64,000 nt of DNA from Bacteroidota bacterium (lineage in GTDB: Bacteria > Bacteroidota > Bacteroidia > Chitinophagales > UBA10324). Numbering within the stretch: the first letter of the stretch is position 1; every line of letters begins with the position of its first letter. The notes under the pieces are model-generated. The model saw only the letters and a list, made by a program, of their open reading frames with translations, ran no database searches and was not told where the DNA came from. The stretch is from positions 6,107 through 70,106 of the forward strand of contig JAFDYS010000037.1 of assembly GCA_018267315.1 (NCBI GenBank), read 5' to 3'. Of the stretch, positions 38,925 to 48,355 are shown piece after piece. The position numbers and the translations under genes are program-made.

Positions 38925-39557
38925 ATGAATGAGGCAGACCCAGCAGGAATTAAGGAAGTTTTTCACCGGGTAAAAAACAACCTGCAAGTGATCAGTTCTC
39001 TTATGGAGTTGCAACTGATGGAGAGCGACAATTTGCAGGCACAAGCGGCCTTGCGGGAAGCGATAAGCAGAATGCAGGTTTTTGTGATTATCTATCAGCA
39101 GCTTTTACCCGAAGAGAATTTTGCAGCCGTTGATTATGGAAAAGTGGTGACAGAAATCTGGCGTGCGCGTGCCGGTACTGAGGATGGCACATTCAGGTTG
39201 GCTGATTTCCGTAACAAGATTGAAACGCTCCCCATCCATATTGAAACAGCCATTCCATTGGCTCTCATCCTCAATGAACTGATCACGCTTTCAAAACAGG
39301 ATAACACGGAATACCCCAATCGTCAAATTGAAATTGATTGTCTCGCTTCGGGTAACGGAAGCTGCCAGTTGTTTTATGCTGACAACTTGTTGACGCCGGA
39401 GCGAAATGATGCTTTCTTAAAAGGTGATGAAGCTTTTGGACTGAGGTTGATTTCCGGGCTCAGTAAACAGATTGGAGGTAATGCCGTATTCCCGGCTGGG
39501 CAGGAAACGCGTTTTGTAATTTCTTTTGCACCGAGAAAGAAACTTGTGAAACAATAA
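38925..39557 (+). CDS. Soluble HisKA_2-type histidine kinase-like protein with no sensor domain and degenerate ATP-binding boxes
   Basis: FHRVKNNLQVISSLMELQ is the HisKA_2 H-box. The N-box region reads LNELITLSKQD (expected E..tN..K). The G1 region reads YADNLLTPE (expected DNGxG). G2-like FGLRLISGL is present. Confidence 0.65.
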   Translation: MNEADPAGIKEVFHRVKNNLQVISSLMELQLMESDNLQAQAALREAISRMQVFVIIYQQLLPEENFAAVDYGKVVTEIWRARAGTEDGTFRLADFRNKIETLPIHIETAIPLALILNELITLSKQDNTEYPNRQIEIDCLASGNGSCQLFYADNLLTPERNDAFLKGDEAFGLRLISGLSKQIGGNAVFPAGQETRFVISFAPRKKLVKQ

Positions 39558-39683
39558 GTTTTTGCGAAACCTGAGTTTGATAGAGATTTGTGAAACAATA
39601 TGAAGGTTTTTTCGTCAATACAATGCCTTTAACGGGGATTCATGTTTCCCTGATCCAAAATATTTATAAACCGGGATTGATCT

Positions 39684-40427
39684 ATGCTCAAGATTGGAAT
39701 AGTGGAAGATGAAATGATCATTTCAGAGAATATAAAGAGTTCTTTGAAACAACTCGGTTACGAAGTGACACCCGTGGCTACCAATTTTGATGAAGCAGTC
39801 GCCATGATCGAGGCAGAACATCCTGACTTTCTGGTACTCGATATCTGCATACAAGGCGAGCACGATGGTATTGAATTGGGTAGTTACATAAATGAGAACT
39901 ACGAGATCCCCTTCATCTTCCTCACCGGGAATTCCGATACGGTAAATGTGGAACGTGCCAAGCTGACCAACCCGGTCGGTTATCTGGTGAAGCCCTTTAC
40001 CAAAGAAGATCTATACACGAGCATTGAAATTTCTTTCAGTAGCTATCTCCGGTCCCGAAGCACGGGTCCGCAATTGGAACCGGCCCGTTCAGCTAACGGA
40101 AACTATATTGTGGACGACAGTCTTTTTATCAAGGAAGGAAGCTCGTTTTACAAAGTGCCGTTTAAAGACATTCTTTACCTCGAGAGCGATCACATATACG
40201 TTAAGGTGGCAACAGCCAATGACAAAACGTACATCGTTCGCAGCTCTCTGCAGCAGTTCATGCAAAACTTTGACCCTGAAAAATATTTCAGAGTGCACCG
40301 GAGTTATGTGGTGAACCTGGATTGTGTGGAATCCATTAATTCCTACCACCTCACTATTCGCGGCAAGCAAATACCGATCAGCAGAAATTTCAGGGATGAA
40401 TTGCTTGCCAAACTCCGGACGGCCTGA
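39684..40427 (+). CDS. LytTR-family response regulator
   Basis: Receiver domain (IVEDE...FLVLDI...KP) and a C-terminal LytTR DNA-binding domain (ILYLESDHIYVKV...FRVHRSYVVNL). Confidence 0.88.
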   Translation: MLKIGIVEDEMIISENIKSSLKQLGYEVTPVATNFDEAVAMIEAEHPDFLVLDICIQGEHDGIELGSYINENYEIPFIFLTGNSDTVNVERAKLTNPVGYLVKPFTKEDLYTSIEISFSSYLRSRSTGPQLEPARSANGNYIVDDSLFIKEGSSFYKVPFKDILYLESDHIYVKVATANDKTYIVRSSLQQFMQNFDPEKYFRVHRSYVVNLDCVESINSYHLTIRGKQIPISRNFRDELLAKLRTA

Positions 40428-41471
40428 TCAGCGATGGAGCTGATAGATCCGTTCAATAATTTCCACCACTTTCATTCCCTCCAGCGCATTGGTAGTAATG
40501 GTTGATTTGCCTGAAATGGTATCAATCACATTTTGTATCACATACTCATGGTTGGCCGCACTGCCTTTGTGCGTGCCGTACAGGTTGGGTGGATTGGATG
40601 GGGGAAGTTCCGGCATCGTATAATTTTCGATGTGGCAATGTTCAACCTGTTCCATGTATTGTCCGCCTACCTTAATGCTTCCCTTCTCGCCTACAATGGT
40701 CATGCTGCTTTCAAGGTTGTGGTCCCATACGGCGGTAGAGTAATTAAAACTTCCCATGCCGCCTTTCAGAAAATCGAATGAAACAAATCCGGAATCGTCA
40801 GTAAACTCTGTTGATTTTTTGTGAATGAAGTTTGCATAATGCGAACGGATGTTGGAGATGTCGCCGAACAACCAGTACATCATGTCCACAAAGTGACTGA
40901 ACTGCGTAAATAGCGGGCCGCCATCGAGTGCTTTGGTTCCTTTCCATTTCAACGGGTCTGATGATTCCGGCCGGTAGTAACGGTCATCACGATTCCAGTA
41001 GCAGTTCACCTGCACGAGAAAGATTTTTCCGAGAAGGTTCTGATCAATTACTGATTTCAGCCATTGTGCCGGGGGTGAGTACCGGTTTTGCATTACACAA
41101 AAAACCAGTCTCGCTTTTTGCAGCGCTTTGTGAATGACTGCTTCGCAGTCAGCCCTTGTAAGCGCCATTGGTTTTTCCACGAGCACGTGTCTTCCATAGT
41201 CTAATGCCAGCATGGCCTGTGATGCATGCAGCCCGTTGGGTGTGGCAATGCTCACCACATCGGCCTGAACGCCCGAGTTCAGCAGATCATTGACGGAACT
41301 GAAAAACGGAACTCCATATGATGAAATGACTTCTGTGGAAAGCGAATCATTAATATCCGCTATAGCAGTCAGTCGTGCCTCCGGATGTTCGTGAATGATT
41401 CGTGCGTGCCGTTTGCCGATCTGTCCGAATCCAACAAGGGCAAAGTTGACGGGATGGGTTTGGTTACTCAC
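40428..41471 (-). CDS. Gfo/Idh/MocA-family NAD(P)-dependent oxidoreductase (sugar-nucleotide dehydrogenase-like)
   Basis: N-terminal Rossmann motif FALVGFGQIGKRHA and EKP motif VLVEKPMA. Confidence 0.8.
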   Translation of the reverse strand: MSNQTHPVNFALVGFGQIGKRHARIIHEHPEARLTAIADINDSLSTEVISSYGVPFFSSVNDLLNSGVQADVVSIATPNGLHASQAMLALDYGRHVLVEKPMALTRADCEAVIHKALQKARLVFCVMQNRYSPPAQWLKSVIDQNLLGKIFLVQVNCYWNRDDRYYRPESSDPLKWKGTKALDGGPLFTQFSHFVDMMYWLFGDISNIRSHYANFIHKKSTEFTDDSGFVSFDFLKGGMGSFNYSTAVWDHNLESSMTIVGEKGSIKVGGQYMEQVEHCHIENYTMPELPPSNPPNLYGTHKGSAANHEYVIQNVIDTISGKSTITTNALEGMKVVEIIERIYQLHR

Positions 41472-41529
41472 TCAGGGTCGAAATATAGGAAGGGAGGTTT
41501 GAACAGGAATACAAGCGGAGATTAAATTC

Positions 41530-42921
41530 TCAATAGGCATTTTTTTCACCTCGAATCATGTTCCATACGGTGAGGAGGATAATCTTAATGTCAAGCAGGA
41601 AACTCCAGTTCTCAATGTAGAACACATCGGCAATCACCCGTTGATTCATCAATTCAGGATCGTTCGTTTCACCTCTGAAGCCGCGTACCTGTGCCAGTCC
41701 GGTGATTCCTGGTTTAGCCAGGTGACGTGACATGTAGCGTTCCATGATCGGGCGATAGGTTTCATTGAGCTTAATCGGGTGTGGCCGTGGACCCACAACA
41801 CTCATATCGCCGAGGAACACATTAAAGAATTGAGGGAGTTCATCAATGTTGAATTTGCGCAGGTATTTTCCAACGCGGGTGATGCGGGGGTCGTTTTTAG
41901 TTGCCTGTTTATAATCCTCATCTGCCTCGGTCACCGTCATGGTCCTGAATTTGAAGCAACCAAAAGTTTTATAGCCCCTGCCGGAACGATTTTGAATGAA
42001 AAAGATCCTGCCCTTTGATTCAATCCGAATCAGAAGCGCAACCAGTGGCACGAGCCAGCTCAACAGTAAAATGATCACGATGACTGAAAACAAAATATCA
42101 AAACTGCGTTTGACAATGCGGTTGAAGATATTCGCCAGTGGTTCCGTTTGAAGTGAAATCACCGGATAGAAACTGTAGAAGTCAACATGAACATTCCGGT
42201 TATAAAAGGAACTGAAATCCGGAACAATCTTGAACCGGATCAAATTCTCTTCAGCAAACCGAAGCAGCGACATCACACGCTCTTTATCCCTCAGGGGCAG
42301 CGCACAGAATATTTCATCAATCTTGTTTTCCAGTGCAAAGCGCTTGGCGTCTTCTAAATTGCCATTGATCAGATTTTCGGAACCGGCCGGAATGCGGTCG
42401 TCAAATATGCCAAGCGGCTTGAAGCCATAGCCGGTATAATCGTTCAGCGTCTCAAACATTTTTCGTCCCATCTCATCGGCGCCCACCACAATCACCTTAA
42501 AGGTGTTACGGCCTGATTCACGCTCTCTTTTTAACAGAAACATCATTCCCAACCGCATCAGGGTGTCGAGGATGATAAAAATGATGTACCCGTAAATGAA
42601 AAGAACTCTGGAAAGTTGAAAGTCGCGGATGAGAAGAATCATCAGCGAGAGAAACATCGCGTGAAAGAGAATGGCCTGGAAGTGCTTGCTGAATGATTTT
42701 TCAAATTGTTCAAATCGCTCCGGAGTGTAAAGGCGAAGTATGAATGCAATGAGCAGCCAGCCGCCGATCAGGGCTGCAGCTACTTTGAAAAAGAAAATCG
42801 GGAAGTTGGGTTTGAAATTTCCCCAGATATAAAGGTAGGCGATGAGAAAAGAAATAATCAGGAGTCCGACATCACCAATAAGATTGAGAAGCGAATAGAA
42901 TCGAAACTTTTCACGAAGCAT
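41530..42921 (-). CDS. Polyprenyl-phosphate glycosyl-1-phosphate transferase (WcaJ/WbaP-like initiating sugar transferase)
   Basis: Four or five N-terminal TM helices, then DELPQFFNV, VGPRP and PGITGLAQV. Confidence 0.88.
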   Translation of the reverse strand: MLREKFRFYSLLNLIGDVGLLIISFLIAYLYIWGNFKPNFPIFFFKVAAALIGGWLLIAFILRLYTPERFEQFEKSFSKHFQAILFHAMFLSLMILLIRDFQLSRVLFIYGYIIFIILDTLMRLGMMFLLKRERESGRNTFKVIVVGADEMGRKMFETLNDYTGYGFKPLGIFDDRIPAGSENLINGNLEDAKRFALENKIDEIFCALPLRDKERVMSLLRFAEENLIRFKIVPDFSSFYNRNVHVDFYSFYPVISLQTEPLANIFNRIVKRSFDILFSVIVIILLLSWLVPLVALLIRIESKGRIFFIQNRSGRGYKTFGCFKFRTMTVTEADEDYKQATKNDPRITRVGKYLRKFNIDELPQFFNVFLGDMSVVGPRPHPIKLNETYRPIMERYMSRHLAKPGITGLAQVRGFRGETNDPELMNQRVIADVFYIENWSFLLDIKIILLTVWNMIRGEKNAY

Positions 42922-42946
42922 GAACGCGCCGGTTACCTGTCCGCTG

Positions 42947-42954
42947 CAAATGTA
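42947..42954 (-). promoter_or_regulatory. -7 promoter box (TAnnTTTG on the minus strand)
   Basis: Plus-strand CAAATGTA is TACATTTG on the minus strand. It lies 26 nt upstream of the start at 42921. Confidence 0.4.
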
Positions 42955-43034
42955 ACGAATTGAAGTTTCGATGCTCTATTATGAACAAGGTGTTCTTCAC
43001 TCAGTATTTCATCAAACCAGTAGCGCAGAAACGC

Positions 43035-44678
43035 CTAATGAACTTTCACTACTTTAAATAATTCGGGCGCGTTGCCTCTGGATGACTGAACCTGCAGCAG
43101 GTAGGTTGCTACGGGAAGCGCCGCAATGTCCATGGAAAGATTGTTTTCCCCGCTGAATAATTCAAAATTCCTTTTGCCGATTAATCTTCCCAATTCATCA
43201 AACAAAAGGAGACTGACCCGGTCGTTCATGGAGGAAAACATGTGAAGCGTAACTACATCGGCAGCAGGATTGGGACTTATTTCTACGGAATGTTGAAACG
43301 CCGGAGCCGGCATTTCAATCAGTACCACATTTGAATAATAGAAACTGTTATCCTGATCAAAAATTTTAAGCCGGTAATAATTGTGCCCGGGTAATGGCGC
43401 CAAATCAGTGTAACTGTATTTGTTCTCTGACAATGAAATTCCTTTGGCAGGCACTTGACCGATTCCGGTGAAGTTCTGTTCACTTTCACTTCTTTCAAGC
43501 TGAAAGAAATCCGTGTTGTATTCTGAGGCCGTTTCCCAATTCAGCACATTCACATCACCTGCATTGTGACCATTGAAACTTAACAGCTCGAGCGGAAGGA
43601 TCACATTGCTCATGGCAATAGCCAGCTGACTGGTCGCATCACTGAATACCGTGAGATTATTTCTCTTCACCTGGTTTGAAGAAACGATGCGGCCTGCTGT
43701 ATTATAAGGGGCTAAAGATGAACAGGAAGGAGTTGGAATAGTCCATCCTGAAAGCAAGTTATTTCCTTCTGCTCTTACCACCAGCGCGAATTGATTGTCG
43801 ATAAGCGGTGTGAAGGTGCTGAGCCCCCAGCCGATAAGTGAAACATTGCCTGCTGAAATACTGCCTGTGCCATAGCTCCCGCCGTTGGCAGGGCGAAGAT
43901 GCCACTCTCCTCCGGCGGATAACTGATTATACGGTGTTCCGCACTCTGAAAATGAAATAGGCGAAGTGCCGCCGGGACTGCTTGATTCCCATGATGAACT
44001 CAATCGGGTGATGCCAGCAAAAGTGGCTGATGTGCTTGCTTGTAGTAGTTGCGGAGCAGCGGCACTGCCCACGGGAAAATCATACGTGTTTGCTGCAGTG
44101 ACCAGCCGGTCGAGCTTACCGGATGAGTAAAGTGCGACAATCCAGCTGTTGCTGTAGGAGGAATTATTGGAAGGTCCATACGTCACTGCGTTTCCGGCAT
44201 TGTTACTTACATACATCACATAGCTGTTGGCATACAGCACCCCGTCATTAAAAGTTAGTGTGTTCAGTGTTTCAATATTGCTCAGCAACTGAATGCCACC
44301 AGAATTCGCACTCGTGTTATTCAAATACAGATTGTAGAATTTGGTGGAAGGACCATAAACATTTTGAGCATTGTTGCTTTGAAGATAGACTGTTCCGGAG
44401 CTCGTATTCAATACGGAACTGCTCGCCATATTGTCCGTCCAGTTAGCGGTAATCGAGCCGGACGTAATGCCGACATAGAGACTACCGTCCAATTCCATTC
44501 CACCCGCAACGCTGTTGGCAACAAATCCGCCTTCAACATAAACATCAGCACCTGATTGAATGGTAAGGTTGGCTACTGCACCCGAGCCATCAAGATAAAG
44601 CAGGTCCTGGGCTGAAAGAAATCCGATGTGAGATAAAAGGATTACGGATAAGCAGATATTGCTTCGGATACTGAGCAT
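43035..44678 (-). CDS. T9SS cargo protein of unknown function (type-A C-terminal sorting domain)
   Basis: Signal peptide, a Ser/Asn/Gly-rich beta-rich body, and CTD ISPNPAADVVTLHM...LPVATYLLQV. Confidence 0.75.
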   Translation of the reverse strand: MLSIRSNICLSVILLSHIGFLSAQDLLYLDGSGAVANLTIQSGADVYVEGGFVANSVAGGMELDGSLYVGITSGSITANWTDNMASSSVLNTSSGTVYLQSNNAQNVYGPSTKFYNLYLNNTSANSGGIQLLSNIETLNTLTFNDGVLYANSYVMYVSNNAGNAVTYGPSNNSSYSNSWIVALYSSGKLDRLVTAANTYDFPVGSAAAPQLLQASTSATFAGITRLSSSWESSSPGGTSPISFSECGTPYNQLSAGGEWHLRPANGGSYGTGSISAGNVSLIGWGLSTFTPLIDNQFALVVRAEGNNLLSGWTIPTPSCSSLAPYNTAGRIVSSNQVKRNNLTVFSDATSQLAIAMSNVILPLELLSFNGHNAGDVNVLNWETASEYNTDFFQLERSESEQNFTGIGQVPAKGISLSENKYSYTDLAPLPGHNYYRLKIFDQDNSFYYSNVVLIEMPAPAFQHSVEISPNPAADVVTLHMFSSMNDRVSLLLFDELGRLIGKRNFELFSGENNLSMDIAALPVATYLLQVQSSRGNAPELFKVVKVH

Positions 44679-44832
44679 GGTATTCTAATCCTGAACAATG
44701 GCAAATTACCCGCTTGATCAGGGCATCCATAATATTTGTTCTGAAATGCGAAAAAATGTTGCTCTGATCCCATTTCATACCATAGAAATCGGTCATTCGG
44801 AACTTTTTGTTTTATGAGGTATTGCCATTCTA

Positions 44833-44840
44833 TAAATTTG
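44833..44840 (+). promoter_or_regulatory. -7 promoter box (TAnnTTTG)
   Basis: TAAATTTG lies 26 nt upstream of the ATG at 44867. This supports that start over the ORF-track start at 44807. Confidence 0.45.
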
Positions 44841-44866
44841 ATAATTCCCAAAATGTATCCCGTACT

Positions 44867-46780
44867 ATGATTCGCTTTTACCCTTCTATCGCTTTTGCTT
44901 TGTTCATTTTGTCTGCATCTGTTTCAACCGCTCAAAATGTAGGCATTGGAATCTCAACTCCATTGCAGAAGCTGCACATCGGCGGCAACTCCAATACCTT
45001 GCGGATTGATGGGCTCAGTTCATCAGGTACCATGTTTGGTACCCCGGCAGCCAATGAACGCCTTTTATTCGTTAATGCCAATGGCGACCTGGAAGCTTTT
45101 ACCAATGGCACATCCGGGCAGGTCTTAACGATTAATGGCAGCGGGGTGCCTACATGGAGTACTTCCTCGGCTTCAGGGTGGTCATTATCGGGTAATTCAA
45201 TTGCCGGAACAGAATTTATTGGTACAACCAATACACAACCATTCATAATAAAAACCTCGAACGCCGAAAGGGCCAGGTTTTTAAGCGGTGGACAGCTTCT
45301 CATTAATCAAACAACTGCTAACCTATCTTCTCAATTGGTGGAAGCAACTGCTTCGGGTTCATTTACCACTTCCTTTGCCGGCTATTCTTCTTCAAGTTCA
45401 GGATACGGATTGATCGGATACAACTCAACAGCCGCCGGTAAAGCCGTGGTGGGATTAAACAATGCTTCTTCAGGAACCACGCAGGGCGGTTCAGGGGTTA
45501 CCGGGCAAATAGCACAAGGAGCGGGCAGTTCATCATATGGTGGATTTGGTGTGAGCGGGGTCAATACCAGTTCGTCGGGTTACGGTGTTTCCGGCATCGG
45601 TCAAAACACTGCAGGCATCACCTATTCCACAAGTGGTGCGGGTGGTATTTTTAATGGGACCTCACGGGGCTCTTACAGCGCAGCTAATACCGCACCCGGA
45701 AACGGATCATTTGCTTTTGGTGCCCAGGGCGTGGTGACAGTTACCCCTACTGGAACCGGTTATGCAGCAGGGCTACGGGGCGATGCCACGGCTACCGGTG
45801 GTGCTGCTGATGGTGTAGAAGGAATTACTGCGTCATCATCCGGAAGCGGAGTATATGGTGGTAACTCAGCTACGGGAGGAGATGCAATTTTAGGGTATTC
45901 TGCTGCTTCGAGTGGCGATGGATTTGGAGTATATGGCGTAAGTAACTCCTCCTCATCGGTTGGTGTGGCTGGTTATTCAGGTTCTTCCGGATTATTGTAC
46001 TTTACAAGTTCAGGAGCTGCGTTTACTGCCAGTTCTTTTGGCGCCACTGGTGTGGCCACTTCCTCAACCGGTACTGGTATATTTGGAATTGGTAATAATC
46101 TTTCTTCAGGTCAGACTTCCGCAAATGGATCGGGTGGGGCATTTAATGGAACCAAACTTGGTATTTATTCTTATTGCACTACGAATGCAAATGGCAACGC
46201 AGGTGGGTATTTCCAGAGTGGTGCGAGCAATTACGCATACATAGCTTATAGAAATAATACAAATGGCGGGACAGACTATGCAATAAATGGAACCGGCACC
46301 AAAGCAACAATTGTTTCAGACTTGCAGAATCAACCAGTGATCATGGCTTGTCCTGAGGCGCCTGAAATTTTGTTTGAGGATTATGGCACCGGTAAGTTAG
46401 CAGATGGCAAAGCGCATATTGATCTTGATCCCATTTTTGCAAAGAATGTGACTATTAATGATAAGCACCCGCTCAGAGTTTTTATTCAACTGGAAGGGGA
46501 ATGCAACGGAGTGTATGTAACCGATAAATCTGCGAATGGTTTCGATGTTAAAGAACTTAATTCGGGCACTTCGGATGTATCGTTCTCATGGCATGTCATA
46601 GCTAACAGGGCAGATAGTAAAGATGCGCAGGGGACAGTGATTTCTTACAATGCCGATAACCGTTGGCAACCAGCGCAAGGAATTATGAGTTCGGTAAATA
46701 TTCCGGCTCAGAAAAACAAGTCTAATATCTCGTTAAGAGAGTTGCCGAAAGATGATATTCAGCGAAGTACGCCCAGGTAG
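44867..46780 (+). CDS. Secreted tail-fibre-like or surface protein with a long Gly/Ser/Ala-rich repeat region
   Basis: Signal peptide (FALFILSASVSTAQ). The N-terminus NVGIGISTPLQKLHIGG... resembles N-termini of Bacteroidota proteins I recall as annotated tail-fibre-domain. The central part is about 300 aa of G/S/A/T-rich degenerate repeats. No T9SS CTD was recognised. Confidence 0.6.
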   Translation: MIRFYPSIAFALFILSASVSTAQNVGIGISTPLQKLHIGGNSNTLRIDGLSSSGTMFGTPAANERLLFVNANGDLEAFTNGTSGQVLTINGSGVPTWSTSSASGWSLSGNSIAGTEFIGTTNTQPFIIKTSNAERARFLSGGQLLINQTTANLSSQLVEATASGSFTTSFAGYSSSSSGYGLIGYNSTAAGKAVVGLNNASSGTTQGGSGVTGQIAQGAGSSSYGGFGVSGVNTSSSGYGVSGIGQNTAGITYSTSGAGGIFNGTSRGSYSAANTAPGNGSFAFGAQGVVTVTPTGTGYAAGLRGDATATGGAADGVEGITASSSGSGVYGGNSATGGDAILGYSAASSGDGFGVYGVSNSSSSVGVAGYSGSSGLLYFTSSGAAFTASSFGATGVATSSTGTGIFGIGNNLSSGQTSANGSGGAFNGTKLGIYSYCTTNANGNAGGYFQSGASNYAYIAYRNNTNGGTDYAINGTGTKATIVSDLQNQPVIMACPEAPEILFEDYGTGKLADGKAHIDLDPIFAKNVTINDKHPLRVFIQLEGECNGVYVTDKSANGFDVKELNSGTSDVSFSWHVIANRADSKDAQGTVISYNADNRWQPAQGIMSSVNIPAQKNKSNISLRELPKDDIQRSTPR

Positions 46781-47080
46781 TTACTTCGGTTGATGAGGGT
46801 GCCTGACAAAAATGGAATAGAGCACTACAAGAAATCCGGCTACTACAACGATTGAGGATAGCGTCGTCACGCGGAATCCGTATATGACTTTCGGATCAAA
46901 TTGCGAGGGCGGTTGTGCACCGCCGGACATCAGCAGAAATCCAATCACAAGCAGTGCAATTCCTCCCAGAAGAAACAGGTAGTTTCTTCTTTCAAACAAA
47001 AACATCGTTTGCGTGCCGGAAGGTGCAGAAGCTGTGGTCTTTTTTACCGGCTTCTCGGGTTTGGGCTGTTGCTTGCTCAT
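46781..47080 (-). CDS. DUF3098-like small membrane protein (usual partner of ftsX in Bacteroidota)
   Basis: Lys-rich N-terminus then two TM helices (YLFLLGGIALLVIGFLLMSGG and LSSIVVVAGFLVVLYSIFV). It lies downstream of ftsX on the same strand. Confidence 0.7.
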   Translation of the reverse strand: MSKQQPKPEKPVKKTTASAPSGTQTMFLFERRNYLFLLGGIALLVIGFLLMSGGAQPPSQFDPKVIYGFRVTTLSSIVVVAGFLVVLYSIFVRHPHQPK

Positions 47081-47316
47081 CAGTATAATATTTGTGCCGG
47101 CGAATATCGGATTTACTTTCGAAAACCTTTTGTCATGCAGCAGTTACAAAATAGTTAATCGGTGAGGGTGCTGATCAATTTGCGGTTTCTCTTCCTTCAT
47201 AGCTTCTTAATTATGGCAGAAGGTTACTTCTATTAGTAGTTCTGAACCCGGTGCGCGGCCGATAGCTGCATGAATCGGGTTGTTGAGAAATCAGCGCAGA
47301 ATGTTAGCTGATGGAA

Positions 47317-48183
47317 TCAGTACAATTCTTCTATTTTCATTCGCAGATATTTTCTCACGGCAAGCCGTGTACTCAGGAATGAAAAGATGATACCGATGAG
47401 CAGCAGTCCGGCATATAACAATACCTGCGATGGAAGGTCATGAAGCGACCGAAGCTCAGGAATTTCTCTCGAAGCAAACGCGAAAAGCAAAAACAGCATG
47501 AAGATTGCCACTGCGGCGGCGATCATGCCATGCGTAATGCTGCGTGCCAGAAACGGACGGGTTATGAAACTTCGTGTGGCGCCCACCAGTTGCATGCTCC
47601 GGATGAGAAAGCGGTTGGCGTACAAGGAAAGCCGGATGGTGGAGTCAATGAGCGTAACGGCCACCACCATCAGCACCAGACTGATGCCCAGGATCATCCA
47701 TCCGATTTTACGAAGATTATCATTAAGCACTTCGAGTAACTGATGTTCGTAATAAAACTCACTCACTTCCTTATGCGACATCACGGCTTTCTCAATTACC
47801 TGAACGCTGTCATCCGCTGTGTATGCTGAATGAAGTTTCAGGTTGATGGAGGCAAACAGCGGATTGTAATCAAGGAGGTCTTTAAAATCCTCGCCGGTTT
47901 CCTTTGTGAAAATTTCGGCGGCCTCTTCTTTCGATACATAATCGGCTTCGCGCACCCACGGTTCACTCTCCAGTTGCTTCTTCAGACTCAGGATTTCCTT
48001 TTCATCCACATTGTCTTTGAGAATGACAGTGAACTGCAGATTCTCCTTGAACTGATTGGCCAATTTGTTACCACTGCTGAACACCAGACCCAGCAATCCC
48101 AGCATGAACAGCACCAGTGCTGTGCTGATAATCGTGTAAACGTAGTTCGGTTTGAATCGCCGCGATCTTTTCTTGTCCGCCAC
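47317..48183 (-). CDS. ftsX: Cell-division permease-like protein FtsX
   Basis: 288 aa with one N-terminal TM helix, a periplasmic domain and three C-terminal TM helices (FtsX topology). LVGATRSFI motif. Confidence 0.8.
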   Translation of the reverse strand: MADKKRSRRFKPNYVYTIISTALVLFMLGLLGLVFSSGNKLANQFKENLQFTVILKDNVDEKEILSLKKQLESEPWVREADYVSKEEAAEIFTKETGEDFKDLLDYNPLFASINLKLHSAYTADDSVQVIEKAVMSHKEVSEFYYEHQLLEVLNDNLRKIGWMILGISLVLMVVAVTLIDSTIRLSLYANRFLIRSMQLVGATRSFITRPFLARSITHGMIAAAVAIFMLFLLFAFASREIPELRSLHDLPSQVLLYAGLLLIGIIFSFLSTRLAVRKYLRMKIEELY

Positions 48184-48355
48184 CGTGATTTTAATTGTGC
48201 GCCGAAATTATGAAACGCGGTACCTGCGCTTTCATTGCGGCAAAATCTCTTTTCAACAACGTTACGGAAAGTGATTTCAATGAAGCCGTTCGATGCGGTA
48301 ATCAAAAATATCCCTCACCCAAATTGTATTTTCGCCAAAATTTTTTCGGCAAAAA

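Noticed and set aside
47081-47316. 236-bp gap between ftsX and its usual DUF3098 partner, as a possible hidden gene or RNA
   Set aside because: I could see no ORF with a plausible start, no convincing hairpins or repeats, and no promoter box. It is probably just a spacer or internal promoter region.
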